NCBI GenBank assembly: GCA_020349965.1
Contig: CP070705.1
Location: forward strand, 1,885,789-1,949,788
DNA from: a candidate division WOR-3 bacterium
GTDB lineage: Bacteria; Hydrothermota; Tepidihabitantia; SM23-42
Reading direction: 5' to 3'
DNA length: 64,000 bases
In this document: one piece after another, positions 9,885 through 19,175 of the stretch
Numbering within the stretch: the stretch's first letter is position 1
How the letters are laid out: each line of letters begins with the position of its first letter
Notes under the pieces: model-generated
Seen by the model: the letters and a program-made list of their open reading frames with translations, nothing else
Database searches by the model: none
What the model was told of the DNA's origin: nothing
Translations under genes and position numbers: made by a program

Positions 9885-11141
9885 TTACGAAGTCTTCTTC
9901 AATCTCGCGGCAAAGACCCCATCGGTATTATAGTCACACGGCAGGATCTTGAGGAATTCATTGCCCAGTGGCGTGAATTTCTTCGCCGGTTCTATGACGA
10001 AGTTCGGATTGTCTTTCAGAAACAACGCAATGACGTCCTCGTTCTCATCCGGCAAAATACTACATGTCGAATAGATCAACGACCCGCCCTTTCTCAGAAG
10101 TGTAGCAGCATTAGTTAGGAGATCATATTGGAGTTTTGCCAGTCTTGTAACAACTTTCTTGTTCACGCGATCCTTCACTTCGGGTCGTTTGGCAATGACG
10201 CCTGCATTTGTGCAGGGTGCATCAACGAGTATTTTGTCAACTTCCTCCAGTTTGTAGTAGCGTCCGTCTGCGATGACCGGCGTTATCATCTGGATACCTA
10301 ACCTGAGGGCATTTTCAACAACAAGTTTCAATCTCTCATTGCTTATCTCAACGGCTACTATCATGCCTTCATTCTTCATCATCTCCGCCATATAGGTTGC
10401 CTTGCTCCCGGGCGCCGAGCAGAGGTCAATAATCTTCTCACCCGGTTTTGGATCGACGAGGTGGCATACCAGACCCTGAGCCTCATCGTGAATAGAAATA
10501 TAGCCCTGTTTCATCAAAGGACTATTGATTATCAGGCTGAGATGGTCGACCGACTTGAATTCAGGGAACCAATTCGCTTCCCTGAATTGCAGCCCGCTTA
10601 AGCGCAACCTCTCCTTGGCCTCCTCAACACTGTTTTTCAGAAGATTTATGCGTATGTACGGCGTTGGGCGTATCTTGAAACAATCAATGATCTTCTCTCC
10701 CTCCACTTGGTACGCCTCTATGATCTTCCTGAAAACCCACGCCCGTGGCTCCCGCAACACCTGCACTCGTTTGTTTCTGATAACACCACGTAAAACGGCA
10801 TTTATCAATCCTTTTTCCTTTATGTTCCGACCAAAATTGACTGCTTCGTTGACGATAGCATAGATCGGAATGCGATCGAAAAAAAGATATTGATAGACTG
10901 CGATTCTCAGCACGTTCTTCAGCGTCGAATCGAGCGAGAAAAAATCTCCTGTCAGGGTCTCTCTGATTATTTGATCGATCTCCTCACGGTGACGCAGAGT
11001 ACCGAACGCCAGTTCATTAGCGAGTTGTCGATCCTCATCCTTCATTTCATTATTCTCGAAAATGGATGCCAAGGCATCCTTTACATTCTTCCCCTCGTCA
11101 ACTTCGCACAGTGCGTTGAGTGCAGCTTCGCGTGCGGTCAT
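9885..11141 (-). CDS. rsmB: 16S rRNA m5C967 methyltransferase RsmB/Sun
   Basis: NusB-like N-terminus (AIVNEAV, NAVLR), DLCSAPGSK, LVDAPC, YSTCS..ENE; follows fmt. Confidence 0.95.
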   Translation of the reverse strand: MTAREAALNALCEVDEGKNVKDALASIFENNEMKDEDRQLANELAFGTLRHREEIDQIIRETLTGDFFSLDSTLKNVLRIAVYQYLFFDRIPIYAIVNEAVNFGRNIKEKGLINAVLRGVIRNKRVQVLREPRAWVFRKIIEAYQVEGEKIIDCFKIRPTPYIRINLLKNSVEEAKERLRLSGLQFREANWFPEFKSVDHLSLIINSPLMKQGYISIHDEAQGLVCHLVDPKPGEKIIDLCSAPGSKATYMAEMMKNEGMIVAVEISNERLKLVVENALRLGIQMITPVIADGRYYKLEEVDKILVDAPCTNAGVIAKRPEVKDRVNKKVVTRLAKLQYDLLTNAATLLRKGGSLIYSTCSILPDENEDVIALFLKDNPNFVIEPAKKFTPLGNEFLKILPCDYNTDGVFAARLKKTS

Positions 11142-12052
11142 CCTAACACCTCTCCTTTTTGTATGCGATATCCATTGATGAAATCCTGCACCGAGATGGT
11201 TTTCCTACCTTCGGGTTTGACGGCAAGAAGCGCGAGCGATCCACTGGTCGTGCCGACATGTAATTTTCTATCTTCAATCAACAGCGAGCCCGGTGATAAT
11301 CTCTTGTCACCGACCTGCGCTTGCAAGATCATCAATTCCTTTCCACGGAAATACGTTCTCGCCCCCGGGTGTGGCGAAAGTGCTCTAATACGATTATTGA
11401 TTACCGTAGCGCCTTCTGTCCAATCTATCAATAATTCACACTTCTTCAGCTTCGGGGCATAAGATACTGCTCCATCTTGCAGGACCGAACGACAGTCCCC
11501 TGATGCTATGCTGTGCAATGTACCAATGATCATCTCGGCGCCGAGGCCGGAAAGTTTCGTCGAGAGTGACCCATATGTATCATCCTCTTCAATTTCGACA
11601 CTGCGCTGCGTGATCATCTTTCCGTGATCGATCTTCTCGTCCATAAAAAAAACTGTGACGCCTGTTTTCTTCTCTCCCGCCATTATCGCACGCTGGATAG
11701 GTGCAGCACCCCGGTACTGCGGTAAGAGAGAAGGATGGACGTTGATACTACCCAAACTCGGTATCTCGAGCAATTCTTTGCATAAGATATGGCCGTATGC
11801 TGAAAGCACATAAAGGTCAGGACCGAGTAGCCGTATTTCATCGACAAACGTCTCGGCATTCGGGTCAGGAGGCATGTAGACTTTAACGCCCGCGCTCTCT
11901 GCCCATCGCGCGATTTCGGGCAATGAGTGTTTCAACCCTCTGCCTTTCGGTTTCGGTTCCGAAACAACAACCCCCACGATCTTGAACTGCCCATGGATAT
12001 TACGGGCTATCGGCAATGAGAAATCAGACGAACCGAAAAATAGAATCTTCAT
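11138..12052 (-). CDS. fmt: Methionyl-tRNA formyltransferase
   Basis: FFGSSDF, AYGHIL, INVHPSLLPQYRGAAPIQ; ATG overlaps the def stop. Confidence 0.97.
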   Translation of the reverse strand: MKILFFGSSDFSLPIARNIHGQFKIVGVVVSEPKPKGRGLKHSLPEIARWAESAGVKVYMPPDPNAETFVDEIRLLGPDLYVLSAYGHILCKELLEIPSLGSINVHPSLLPQYRGAAPIQRAIMAGEKKTGVTVFFMDEKIDHGKMITQRSVEIEEDDTYGSLSTKLSGLGAEMIIGTLHSIASGDCRSVLQDGAVSYAPKLKKCELLIDWTEGATVINNRIRALSPHPGARTYFRGKELMILQAQVGDKRLSPGSLLIEDRKLHVGTTSGSLALLAVKPEGRKTISVQDFINGYRIQKGEVLG

Positions 12053-12570
12053 GGTTCGCACTTAGTCTCCGCCGTCCCGGGCATTTCTTCCGTGTACTTT
12101 GCAATCATCTCCTTATCTGTCTCTGCGGCGTGATCGATCAAGAGAATGCCATCCAGATGATCCATTTCATGCATCGTTGCTCGTGCAAGAATGCCGCTGA
12201 GTTCAAGCACAAAACTCTCGTTGTACAAATTCTTTGCACTAAGGCGCACCTTCTGGGGTCGAGCTATTTTCAGATAGAGTTCGGGAAAACTGAGACAACC
12301 TTCTTCACATATTTCATCTCCCTCCTGCTGCAACACGATTGGGTTAATACATACAATAGACTCAGTATTCTCTTCGTTCGGGTGCGCGTTCAGAATGAAA
12401 ATACGATGCGAAGAACCGATCTGATTTGCTGCCAGGCCGACACCATCCTCAGCGATCATCGTTTCTATCATCCTATCGACCAGGCGAAATACATCCTCGC
12501 CGATTTTCTCAACCGGCACGGTTTTCTTCCTCAATTCGGGCGCTGGATATTTAAGGACTGATTCCGCCAA
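12049..12570 (-). CDS. def: Peptide deformylase (likely TTG start at 12570 after GGAG)
   Basis: GVGLAANQIG, EGCLSFP, HEMDHLDG. Confidence 0.96.
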   Translation of the reverse strand: MAESVLKYPAPELRKKTVPVEKIGEDVFRLVDRMIETMIAEDGVGLAANQIGSSHRIFILNAHPNEENTESIVCINPIVLQQEGDEICEEGCLSFPELYLKIARPQKVRLSAKNLYNESFVLELSGILARATMHEMDHLDGILLIDHAAETDKEMIAKYTEEMPGTAETKCEP

Positions 12571-12620
12571 TTTAGACTCCGCCTCTACTTGTCTGCAACA
12601 CAACAACTTTGACAACTCGA

Positions 12621-12929
12621 TCAGTTGTTGCCGGGGTTGAGTTTACCTACTATATGTCCTTTCTCCAACTCAATCTTCACGCCATCAGCGATAAGCAGTG
12701 TAACCGTATCGCTCTTAACGTTTGCGATCGTTCCATGAATGCCCGAAGATGTCGTTACGCGGTCGCCTTTTTGCAGCTCGGCAACCAGTCTCCTATGCTG
12801 CTTCTGCTTTCTCTGCTGCGGCAGTATCAGGAGAAAATAGAAAACGACAAATATCAGAATCAAAGGCAGCAAACCCATGATAGGATTGCTCTGTCCTGTG
12901 CTTTGTCCAATTATCAGATAAATCATCAT
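12621..12929 (-). CDS. yajC: Preprotein translocase subunit YajC
   Basis: FYFLLILPQQRKQK, LQKGDRVTTSSGIHG; AAGGAG RBS. Confidence 0.96.
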   Translation of the reverse strand: MMIYLIIGQSTGQSNPIMGLLPLILIFVVFYFLLILPQQRKQKQHRRLVAELQKGDRVTTSSGIHGTIANVKSDTVTLLIADGVKIELEKGHIVGKLNPGNN

Positions 12930-12943
12930 ATGCTCCTTTAGAC

Positions 12944-12971
12944 ATTATATCTATTTCGACAATTAAGTCAA
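12944..12971 (-). promoter_or_regulatory. Promoter of yajC-def-fmt-rsmB
   Basis: TTGACT-N16-TATAAT. Confidence 0.8.
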
Positions 12972-13066
12972 GCATTCTTCTACTATTTCGACACTCTGGA
13001 ATCACCTTCGTTTAATGCCATACATCTCGATGAACCACCTATGTCTCCCGCTCATCCACCATTATA

Positions 13067-13094
13067 TTGACTTCGGCTATATTTTCCATAGAAT
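13067..13094 (+). promoter_or_regulatory. Promoter of nnr (probably leaderless)
   Basis: TTGACT-N16-TAGAAT, ATG 6 nt downstream, no RBS. Confidence 0.75.
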
Positions 13095-13100
13095 CTTTTT

Positions 13101-14654
13101 ATGCGCATAGTGACGACCTCCGAGATGGAGCAAATAGATAGCTGGGCCACTAGTAAGCTGGGTATTTCCAGCACCGTGCTCATGGAAAATGCCGGCCGCG
13201 GGTGCGTCGATGTACTCGAAACCTACCATAAATCGGAAAGGCTAAGGGTTTTGGTGGTGTGCGGGAAAGGGAATAACGGCGGTGACGGATTTGTCGCTGC
13301 ACGTCATCTCCACAACCGCGGTGCGCTCGTGAATATCGCCCTTCTCGGCAAGGCGAAAGAGCTGAAAGGAGACGCACTCGTCAATCATCGTCTGGCAGCT
13401 AATGCGCATATGAAGATAGTGGAAATCACCCGCACTCAGGAGCTTACCGCCGTCCGTGACTCTTTTCACCCGGATGTGATGATCGATGCCATCTTCGGCA
13501 CCGGTTTCAGTGGCGAGCCGCAAGGTATCTATCGCCAAGCCATAGAACTGATAAATGAAACTGAGGCCTTCGTCTTATCGATCGATATTCCTTCGGGAAT
13601 CAACGGCGACAATGGCCAATTCAAAAACCTCTGCGTGATCGCCGACGCAACCGCTTCCATGTGCTTGCCAAAAAGAGGTAATTATCTATTTCCTGGACGG
13701 GAGTTCGGTGGCGAACTGCACCATGTTGACATCGGCATACCCTACTCCCTAATCGATACGGGCTATCCAAGAGTGGTCGAATATGATGACATTCTCTCCT
13801 GGATTCCACTCCGTCCAGCCGACGGTAACAAAGGTACATTTGGACAGATCCTCGTCGTTGCAGGAGCTAGAGGGTTCTCCGGCGCAGCCGCAATGTCTGC
13901 TCAATCGGCGCTCAGGGTCGGCGCCGGCTTAGTCCGGCTTGGTGCACCCCGTGGTATCATAGATGCCCTGGAGGCAAAGCTGCTCGAGGTCGTCAAGGTG
14001 CCGCTCGAACAGACCGAGAGCGAATCCATCCATGCCGATGCATTGGAGACACTAAAACCGTACATCCCTGGCAGTGATGTTGTTGTCGTCGGACCAGGCA
14101 TTACCACGCATCCCGAAACAGCTAGGTTCCTGCGCGAATTTCTTTCAGCAATCACGTCGCCGTGCATCATCGACGCAGATGCGATAAATATCATTGCACA
14201 GGACAACAACATACTAAAAAGCGCTCATACCCCTTTCATTCTAACTCCCCACCCGGGGGAATTGGCAAGATTGATTAAGACTGCACCCAAAGACATCAAC
14301 GAAGCACGGATCGAGACGGCGATCGAGTGCGCAAAGAAGTATGACTGTGTCCTGGTGCTGAAGGGTGCACCGACAGTCATCGCCGATCAGGAAGGAAATA
14401 CATATGTGAACCCGACGGGAAATTCCGGCCTCGCGACTGCAGGTTCGGGTGATGTACTTGTCGGCATGATAGCCGGTTTCCTCGCTCAACAACCCTCGCT
14501 ACTCAAAGCAGCGGTCACTGGGGTCTTCCTCCACGGTCTCTGTGCCGATCTGGCATTGGAAGACAGCAACGAATTCGCCCTGACCGCGGCAGATCTCATC
14601 GACTATGCACCGCAGGCAATAAACTTTCTATTGAGGAGAGAATTTGCTCGATAA
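13101..14654 (+). CDS. nnr: Bifunctional NAD(P)H-hydrate epimerase/dehydratase
   Basis: LMENAG, GKGNNGGDG, DAIFGTG, DIPSG, LTPHPGE, GLATAGSGDVL. Confidence 0.96.
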   Translation: MRIVTTSEMEQIDSWATSKLGISSTVLMENAGRGCVDVLETYHKSERLRVLVVCGKGNNGGDGFVAARHLHNRGALVNIALLGKAKELKGDALVNHRLAANAHMKIVEITRTQELTAVRDSFHPDVMIDAIFGTGFSGEPQGIYRQAIELINETEAFVLSIDIPSGINGDNGQFKNLCVIADATASMCLPKRGNYLFPGREFGGELHHVDIGIPYSLIDTGYPRVVEYDDILSWIPLRPADGNKGTFGQILVVAGARGFSGAAAMSAQSALRVGAGLVRLGAPRGIIDALEAKLLEVVKVPLEQTESESIHADALETLKPYIPGSDVVVVGPGITTHPETARFLREFLSAITSPCIIDADAINIIAQDNNILKSAHTPFILTPHPGELARLIKTAPKDINEARIETAIECAKKYDCVLVLKGAPTVIADQEGNTYVNPTGNSGLATAGSGDVLVGMIAGFLAQQPSLLKAAVTGVFLHGLCADLALEDSNEFALTAADLIDYAPQAINFLLRREFAR

Positions 14655-14660
14655 AACGTA

Positions 14661-16121
14661 ATGACCACGCTCGTTCTCTTTTTACTGACCCAGTCGGATA
14701 TCTACCCTCAAAACCTAGCGTGGGATCGCTACAGCATGATGGCCCCGCTTGGGAGAGTCACCTCAATAGCATCTTCTAACCAGCATGTCTTCGCCCTGAG
14801 TGATGATTATCTACTCTTCATCGACAAATATACTTTCCGGATGGAAAACACAATCTACCTGAACCGAAGCGCGGAATTGGTCGGCTACGACCCTTACACG
14901 ACCGACCTCTGGATCGCTTGCCGTGATAATCTGATTCGCCTCATGACGACAAGCTACAGCCTGCGCCAATTCCCTATACAGTTTACGGTAAGCCAATTCT
15001 CGATCGACGTCGACAAGATATATATCGAAAGCAACCGGGACGGTCAGAAGTACGCTCTTGATAAGATCACCGGAGTAGTGTCAGCGGTTACGTCGTTTCC
15101 CCGCAACCTTACCTGGTACAAGAAAGTATCGAACAGCGACATCATGCAGTATCCATTCCTCAGTCCGTACTACTTCAGCGATGATATCCAGACCTCACAA
15201 ATACCATTCGAGCGATATCCGATCACCGCGATTCACGACGATGGAATGAATCTCTATGTCGGAACCGACCGCTACGGTCTTCTCAAATACAACAAGATCT
15301 CGTGGCAAAGTCAGCGCATTGTAAACGGCCCCCTCGACTCACGTGTAATCGCTGTCAGGAAAACTGATGATCGGATTGTCCTTATTTCAAACTCAGGCAT
15401 CTCCTATTTCACCCCCCAAACCGGCATCTGGGATTACCAACGCTTCAGGGATGCGGTCGTGGATCTCGTGTATTACAGCGAACAGATCTATGTAGCACGA
15501 CGCAACAGCGTGTTCCGTATTGCCGGGACAATGGAATTCCCGGTAGGAACGTTCAATAAGGATATCCTGTCGCTTGCCCATGATGAGCGCAACATTTATA
15601 TAGGAACGCGTTCCGGAGCCTACCGGATCATTGAAGGAACCAGCGAGCCTGTGCTTTTCGGACCGACGACACATGCCGTCAACATCATCTATGCTACCGC
15701 CCGTTCGGTGTATGTGGGTGGAGAATTGGGTATGTACGAATACGATAGAGAAGCCGGTGAGTGGTCGACTGTATTGAATTTCGGCACAAAAGACATCGTC
15801 GAAGTAGCAGGTGACATATACTCACTCGGAACGAATAACCAAATCATCAGACACCCTTCCGCAACAGTTGATTCAGCAACAATCGACACTGCGTGGGTCT
15901 TACTTCCTTATTTCAATGTTTACGACATCGATACTGACGGCACAGTGCTGTATTGTGCAACCTATTCCGGCATTTACTACTATGAACCGGTAAGTGCCCA
16001 GTATCGTATCATCTACAATCTCCCCCGCGTCGCATACGATCATGTATTCGTCGTCGATGATCGTCTTTTCGCACTCTCGAAGGGCCTCATCTACTCACTA
16101 CCCCTCGAATACCGCGACTGA
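14661..16121 (+). CDS. Hypothetical exported beta-propeller-like protein
   Basis: 486-aa ORF, hydrophobic N-terminus, repeated LYVGT/IYIGT/VYVGG/LYCAT..G blade-like motifs. Confidence 0.65.
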   Translation: MTTLVLFLLTQSDIYPQNLAWDRYSMMAPLGRVTSIASSNQHVFALSDDYLLFIDKYTFRMENTIYLNRSAELVGYDPYTTDLWIACRDNLIRLMTTSYSLRQFPIQFTVSQFSIDVDKIYIESNRDGQKYALDKITGVVSAVTSFPRNLTWYKKVSNSDIMQYPFLSPYYFSDDIQTSQIPFERYPITAIHDDGMNLYVGTDRYGLLKYNKISWQSQRIVNGPLDSRVIAVRKTDDRIVLISNSGISYFTPQTGIWDYQRFRDAVVDLVYYSEQIYVARRNSVFRIAGTMEFPVGTFNKDILSLAHDERNIYIGTRSGAYRIIEGTSEPVLFGPTTHAVNIIYATARSVYVGGELGMYEYDREAGEWSTVLNFGTKDIVEVAGDIYSLGTNNQIIRHPSATVDSATIDTAWVLLPYFNVYDIDTDGTVLYCATYSGIYYYEPVSAQYRIIYNLPRVAYDHVFVVDDRLFALSKGLIYSLPLEYRD

Positions 16122-16167
16122 CCGACCGGGCGCAATTGTTTCCCAATGAACGATCGAAAGATCATAT

Positions 16168-16884
16168 ATGAATGAACGACGGACGACTTTCATCGAACAC
16201 CTCGAGGAACTGCGGCGGAGAATCCTCTATTCCATTGCCGCTGTTGCAGTGTCAACGGTTGCCGGATTCTTTTTTGCGAAGAGGTTCCTGAACCTGATCA
16301 TTCAAAGGGCATCCTTAAGCACAACTTATTTTTTCGCACCTGCCGAAGCTTTCGTCGCTCAAATAAAAGTCGCGGTGTTTCTCGGAATCGTCATCTCCTT
16401 TCCGTTCATCCTCTATCAGAGTTGGACATTCATCGGACCCGGATTGACCAAGAGTGAAAGGCGGATTTCATTGAGCTACATGGCTTCCGGTTTGGTGTTA
16501 TTCGCGATCGGCATCCTCTTCGGATATTACATACTCATACCGTACGGTCTCAGGTTCCTGCTCTCATTCGGCAGTGAAATGATTCAACCGTTAATGAACA
16601 TTGGTAAATACATGAATTTCTTCCTGTGGTGCCTCCTGGGCAGCGGGTTATTATTCCAATTGCCTTTGCTCTTATTCTTTCTGATACGACTTGGTATTGT
16701 TGACGTCGAAACAATCACTAATCATAGACCGGAAGCGATCGTTGGGGTACTCGTTCTCTGCGCGGTCATCACACCGACCGGCGACTTCTTCACACTGCTG
16801 CTGCTGTCCGTACCTCTAATGCTCCTCTTTGAGCTGAGCATCCTGATCGCCAGATTGTCGACACGAAAGAAACCGCAGAACTGA
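16168..16884 (+). CDS. tatC: Twin-arginine translocase subunit TatC
   Basis: FIEHLEELRRR, FIGPGLTKSE, FQLP, AVITPTGD, LFELS. Confidence 0.96.
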   Translation: MNERRTTFIEHLEELRRRILYSIAAVAVSTVAGFFFAKRFLNLIIQRASLSTTYFFAPAEAFVAQIKVAVFLGIVISFPFILYQSWTFIGPGLTKSERRISLSYMASGLVLFAIGILFGYYILIPYGLRFLLSFGSEMIQPLMNIGKYMNFFLWCLLGSGLLFQLPLLLFFLIRLGIVDVETITNHRPEAIVGVLVLCAVITPTGDFFTLLLLSVPLMLLFELSILIARLSTRKKPQN

Positions 16885-16931
16885 CCCACTCAGCTTCAAA
16901 GCCTTAGATTCGGGACGGTATCGATTCTCCC

Positions 16932-16959
16932 TTGACTTGATATTGTTTTGCATTATAAT
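16932..16959 (+). promoter_or_regulatory. Promoter of tRNA-Ala and downstream genes
   Basis: TTGACT-N16-TATAAT. Confidence 0.8.
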
Positions 16960-16986
16960 TTCCTCTGTCGAACAGTAATGATGTCA

Positions 16987-17059
16987 GGGGCCGTAGTTCA
17001 GTTGGGAGAACGCTTGACTGGCAGTCAAGAGGTCACGGGTTCGAATCCCGTCGGCTCCA
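16987..17059 (+). tRNA. tRNA-Ala(GGC), CCA not encoded
   Basis: Acceptor stem GGGGCCG/CGGCTCC with G3:U70, anticodon arm CTTGA-CTGGCAG-TCAAG, T-arm GGTTCGAATCC. Confidence 0.96.
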
Positions 17060-17080
17060 ATCAGAGAATTGGAGGTCATA

Positions 17081-18292
17081 ATGACAAAAATGTTCACCAG
17101 AATGTGTCTGTTGACACTGATAGCAGTGAGTTTGTCTGTTTGGTGCGCACCAACACAGACTGTTAAAGAACCGACAAGTACCATGACTGCTGAAGAAAAG
17201 CAAAAAGAGGCAGAGCAGTCTTATTCAATCGGGTTTGAGTACTACAAGCAGGGCAACTACGACGAAGCCGTCAAGAATTTCACGAAAGCCATTGACATAA
17301 TGCCGAGATTCTACGCTGCGTACGTCGCCCTGGCAAAGGCCTACCGCGCCAAGGGCGATATCCTTGCAGCGGAAGCCGAGTATAAAAAGGCAAAGAACCT
17401 CGACGCGAAGGATGCTCGTTCCTATGAAGGACTAGGTGCATTATACACGGAATTACAGAAATACGCAGAGGCGATCGCCGAATACGAAAACGGCTTGAGA
17501 GCCGATACGAAAAATGTCAACCTTCTCAACGGCGTTGCCTACGTTTACAGAAAAATGAGCAACTATGATAAGGCTCTGGAATACTACAACAGAAGTCTGG
17601 AAATCGAACCGGAGAACCTGACCACTATGTTTGCCGTCGCAGATATCTACATTGAGATGGAAAACCCGAGACGAGCGATTGCCTACCTCGAAACGATAAT
17701 CGAAAGGAAACCGAACATCGTCGAAGTTCGCGAAAAGCTCGCCCAAGTGTATTTTGAAACGAAGAACTACGATCCCGCCGCAAAACTGTACAAAGATCTG
17801 GTCAAGGAGCAACCGGATAACTATCGCTACCACATGCAGTTGGGTTCGGTCTACATAAAACAGAAGAAGTATCAGGAAGCCGAACAGTCGCTAAATACGG
17901 CAAGGCGCCTGGCACCGAGCAGCGCATCGCCGATCTATTCGCTCGTTGACCTGAACCTCGTGCGCGGGCGTTATAGCGCGGCAGAAGAACTTGCGAACGA
18001 AGCCTTGAGGATCGAACCGACCAATCTCTACGCGTACCTCCTGTTGGGCGACATCTATATCCGCAGGGGATACGATGCCCGGGGAAGATGGACTCAGAAT
18101 AAGAGTACCGCAAACTGCAGCATTTTGAACGCAGCGATCAGCTATTTTTCTACTGCCATCTCTCACTACAATAAGGCACGGACCGATGTACAGTGGAGCG
18201 CTTACGCGAATAACGAAATAAAACGCAGCAATACATGGCTCGAAGAGTTGCAGGAAGACAAGTGGTTCTACTGCAAGGGTGGATCGCAATGA
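17081..18292 (+). CDS. Tetratricopeptide-repeat protein, probable lipoprotein
   Basis: GGAGG RBS, signal peptide ending SVWC, many TPR units (G.YDEAVKNFTKAI, YDKALEYYNRSLEIEP). Confidence 0.9.
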   Translation: MTKMFTRMCLLTLIAVSLSVWCAPTQTVKEPTSTMTAEEKQKEAEQSYSIGFEYYKQGNYDEAVKNFTKAIDIMPRFYAAYVALAKAYRAKGDILAAEAEYKKAKNLDAKDARSYEGLGALYTELQKYAEAIAEYENGLRADTKNVNLLNGVAYVYRKMSNYDKALEYYNRSLEIEPENLTTMFAVADIYIEMENPRRAIAYLETIIERKPNIVEVREKLAQVYFETKNYDPAAKLYKDLVKEQPDNYRYHMQLGSVYIKQKKYQEAEQSLNTARRLAPSSASPIYSLVDLNLVRGRYSAAEELANEALRIEPTNLYAYLLLGDIYIRRGYDARGRWTQNKSTANCSILNAAISYFSTAISHYNKARTDVQWSAYANNEIKRSNTWLEELQEDKWFYCKGGSQ

Positions 18293-18651
18293 GCAAAGGT
18301 CTTTCAGGCTTTGGTGTCATATTCCTTATCATAGTCTTCCTGATAGTAGGATATACGGGGTACCAGGTTGGCCGGGTCCATTTCAATCATGGTTCACTCA
18401 GTGAAAAAGTCGAGAACACCGTGCGCATTGGCCCCGTACAGAATGACGATATGATCAGAGAGGAACTAAGAAAAGTTGCCGAGGAGTTGAGCATCATTCT
18501 GTCTCCCGAAAACATATGGATAGACCGCTCTATACCGGATTCTTTCGGGATATACATTGAATATGAGGACTCGTCGAGTATATTCGGTATATTCACGTAC
18601 AATCGTAAGTTCGTCATAGACAAAGTGGCTCCTATCCAGATCAATTACTGA
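18289..18651 (+). CDS. Small pilin-like (DUF4845-like) membrane protein
   Basis: MSKG/LSGFGVIFLIIVFLIVG prepilin-like N-terminus; ATGA-coupled on both sides. Confidence 0.65.
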   Translation: MSKGLSGFGVIFLIIVFLIVGYTGYQVGRVHFNHGSLSEKVENTVRIGPVQNDDMIREELRKVAEELSIILSPENIWIDRSIPDSFGIYIEYEDSSSIFGIFTYNRKFVIDKVAPIQINY

Positions 18652-19157
18652 TGTTACAGCTACCTGTTCTCCTTCTCAACCAGAATTACGAACCGATGAC
18701 AATTCTCAGATTGAAAAGGGCAATCACACTGTTGATCTTGGGAAAGGTCGATATGGTTGAGAACGCCGATGGCAAATTGCTGCATGCGATCAGCATAACG
18801 TACCGCGTTCCGTCGGTGATTCGCCTGAGATACTATGTACGCATAAAACGTAAAGAGATCTCCTTAACCAAGAAGAACGTCATAAAGAGAGACAACCATC
18901 AGTGCCAATACTGCGGGAAGCGAGCGGGTGAGATGACTGCCGACCACATCCTACCGAAAGCGCTCGGCGGTGACGAATCGTGGGAGAATCTCGTTTGTGC
19001 ATGCCATGAGTGTAATAATAAGAAAGGTGATTCAAGTCTGAAGCACGTCGGCATGCATCTCATGAGGAAGCCGCGAAGGCCAAACTATTTTACTTTTGTG
19101 CTCAACGAGTTTGGTAATCCGAATGCGGAGTGGCGACCTTACCTTTTTCAGTGTTGA
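18651..19157 (+). CDS. HNH endonuclease (McrA-like)
   Basis: VLLLNQNYEP, RDNHQCQYCG, TADHILP..GG..WENLVCACHECNNKKG. Confidence 0.93.
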   Translation: MLQLPVLLLNQNYEPMTILRLKRAITLLILGKVDMVENADGKLLHAISITYRVPSVIRLRYYVRIKRKEISLTKKNVIKRDNHQCQYCGKRAGEMTADHILPKALGGDESWENLVCACHECNNKKGDSSLKHVGMHLMRKPRRPNYFTFVLNEFGNPNAEWRPYLFQC

Positions 19158-19175
19158 TGTAGGCATAGTATCATA

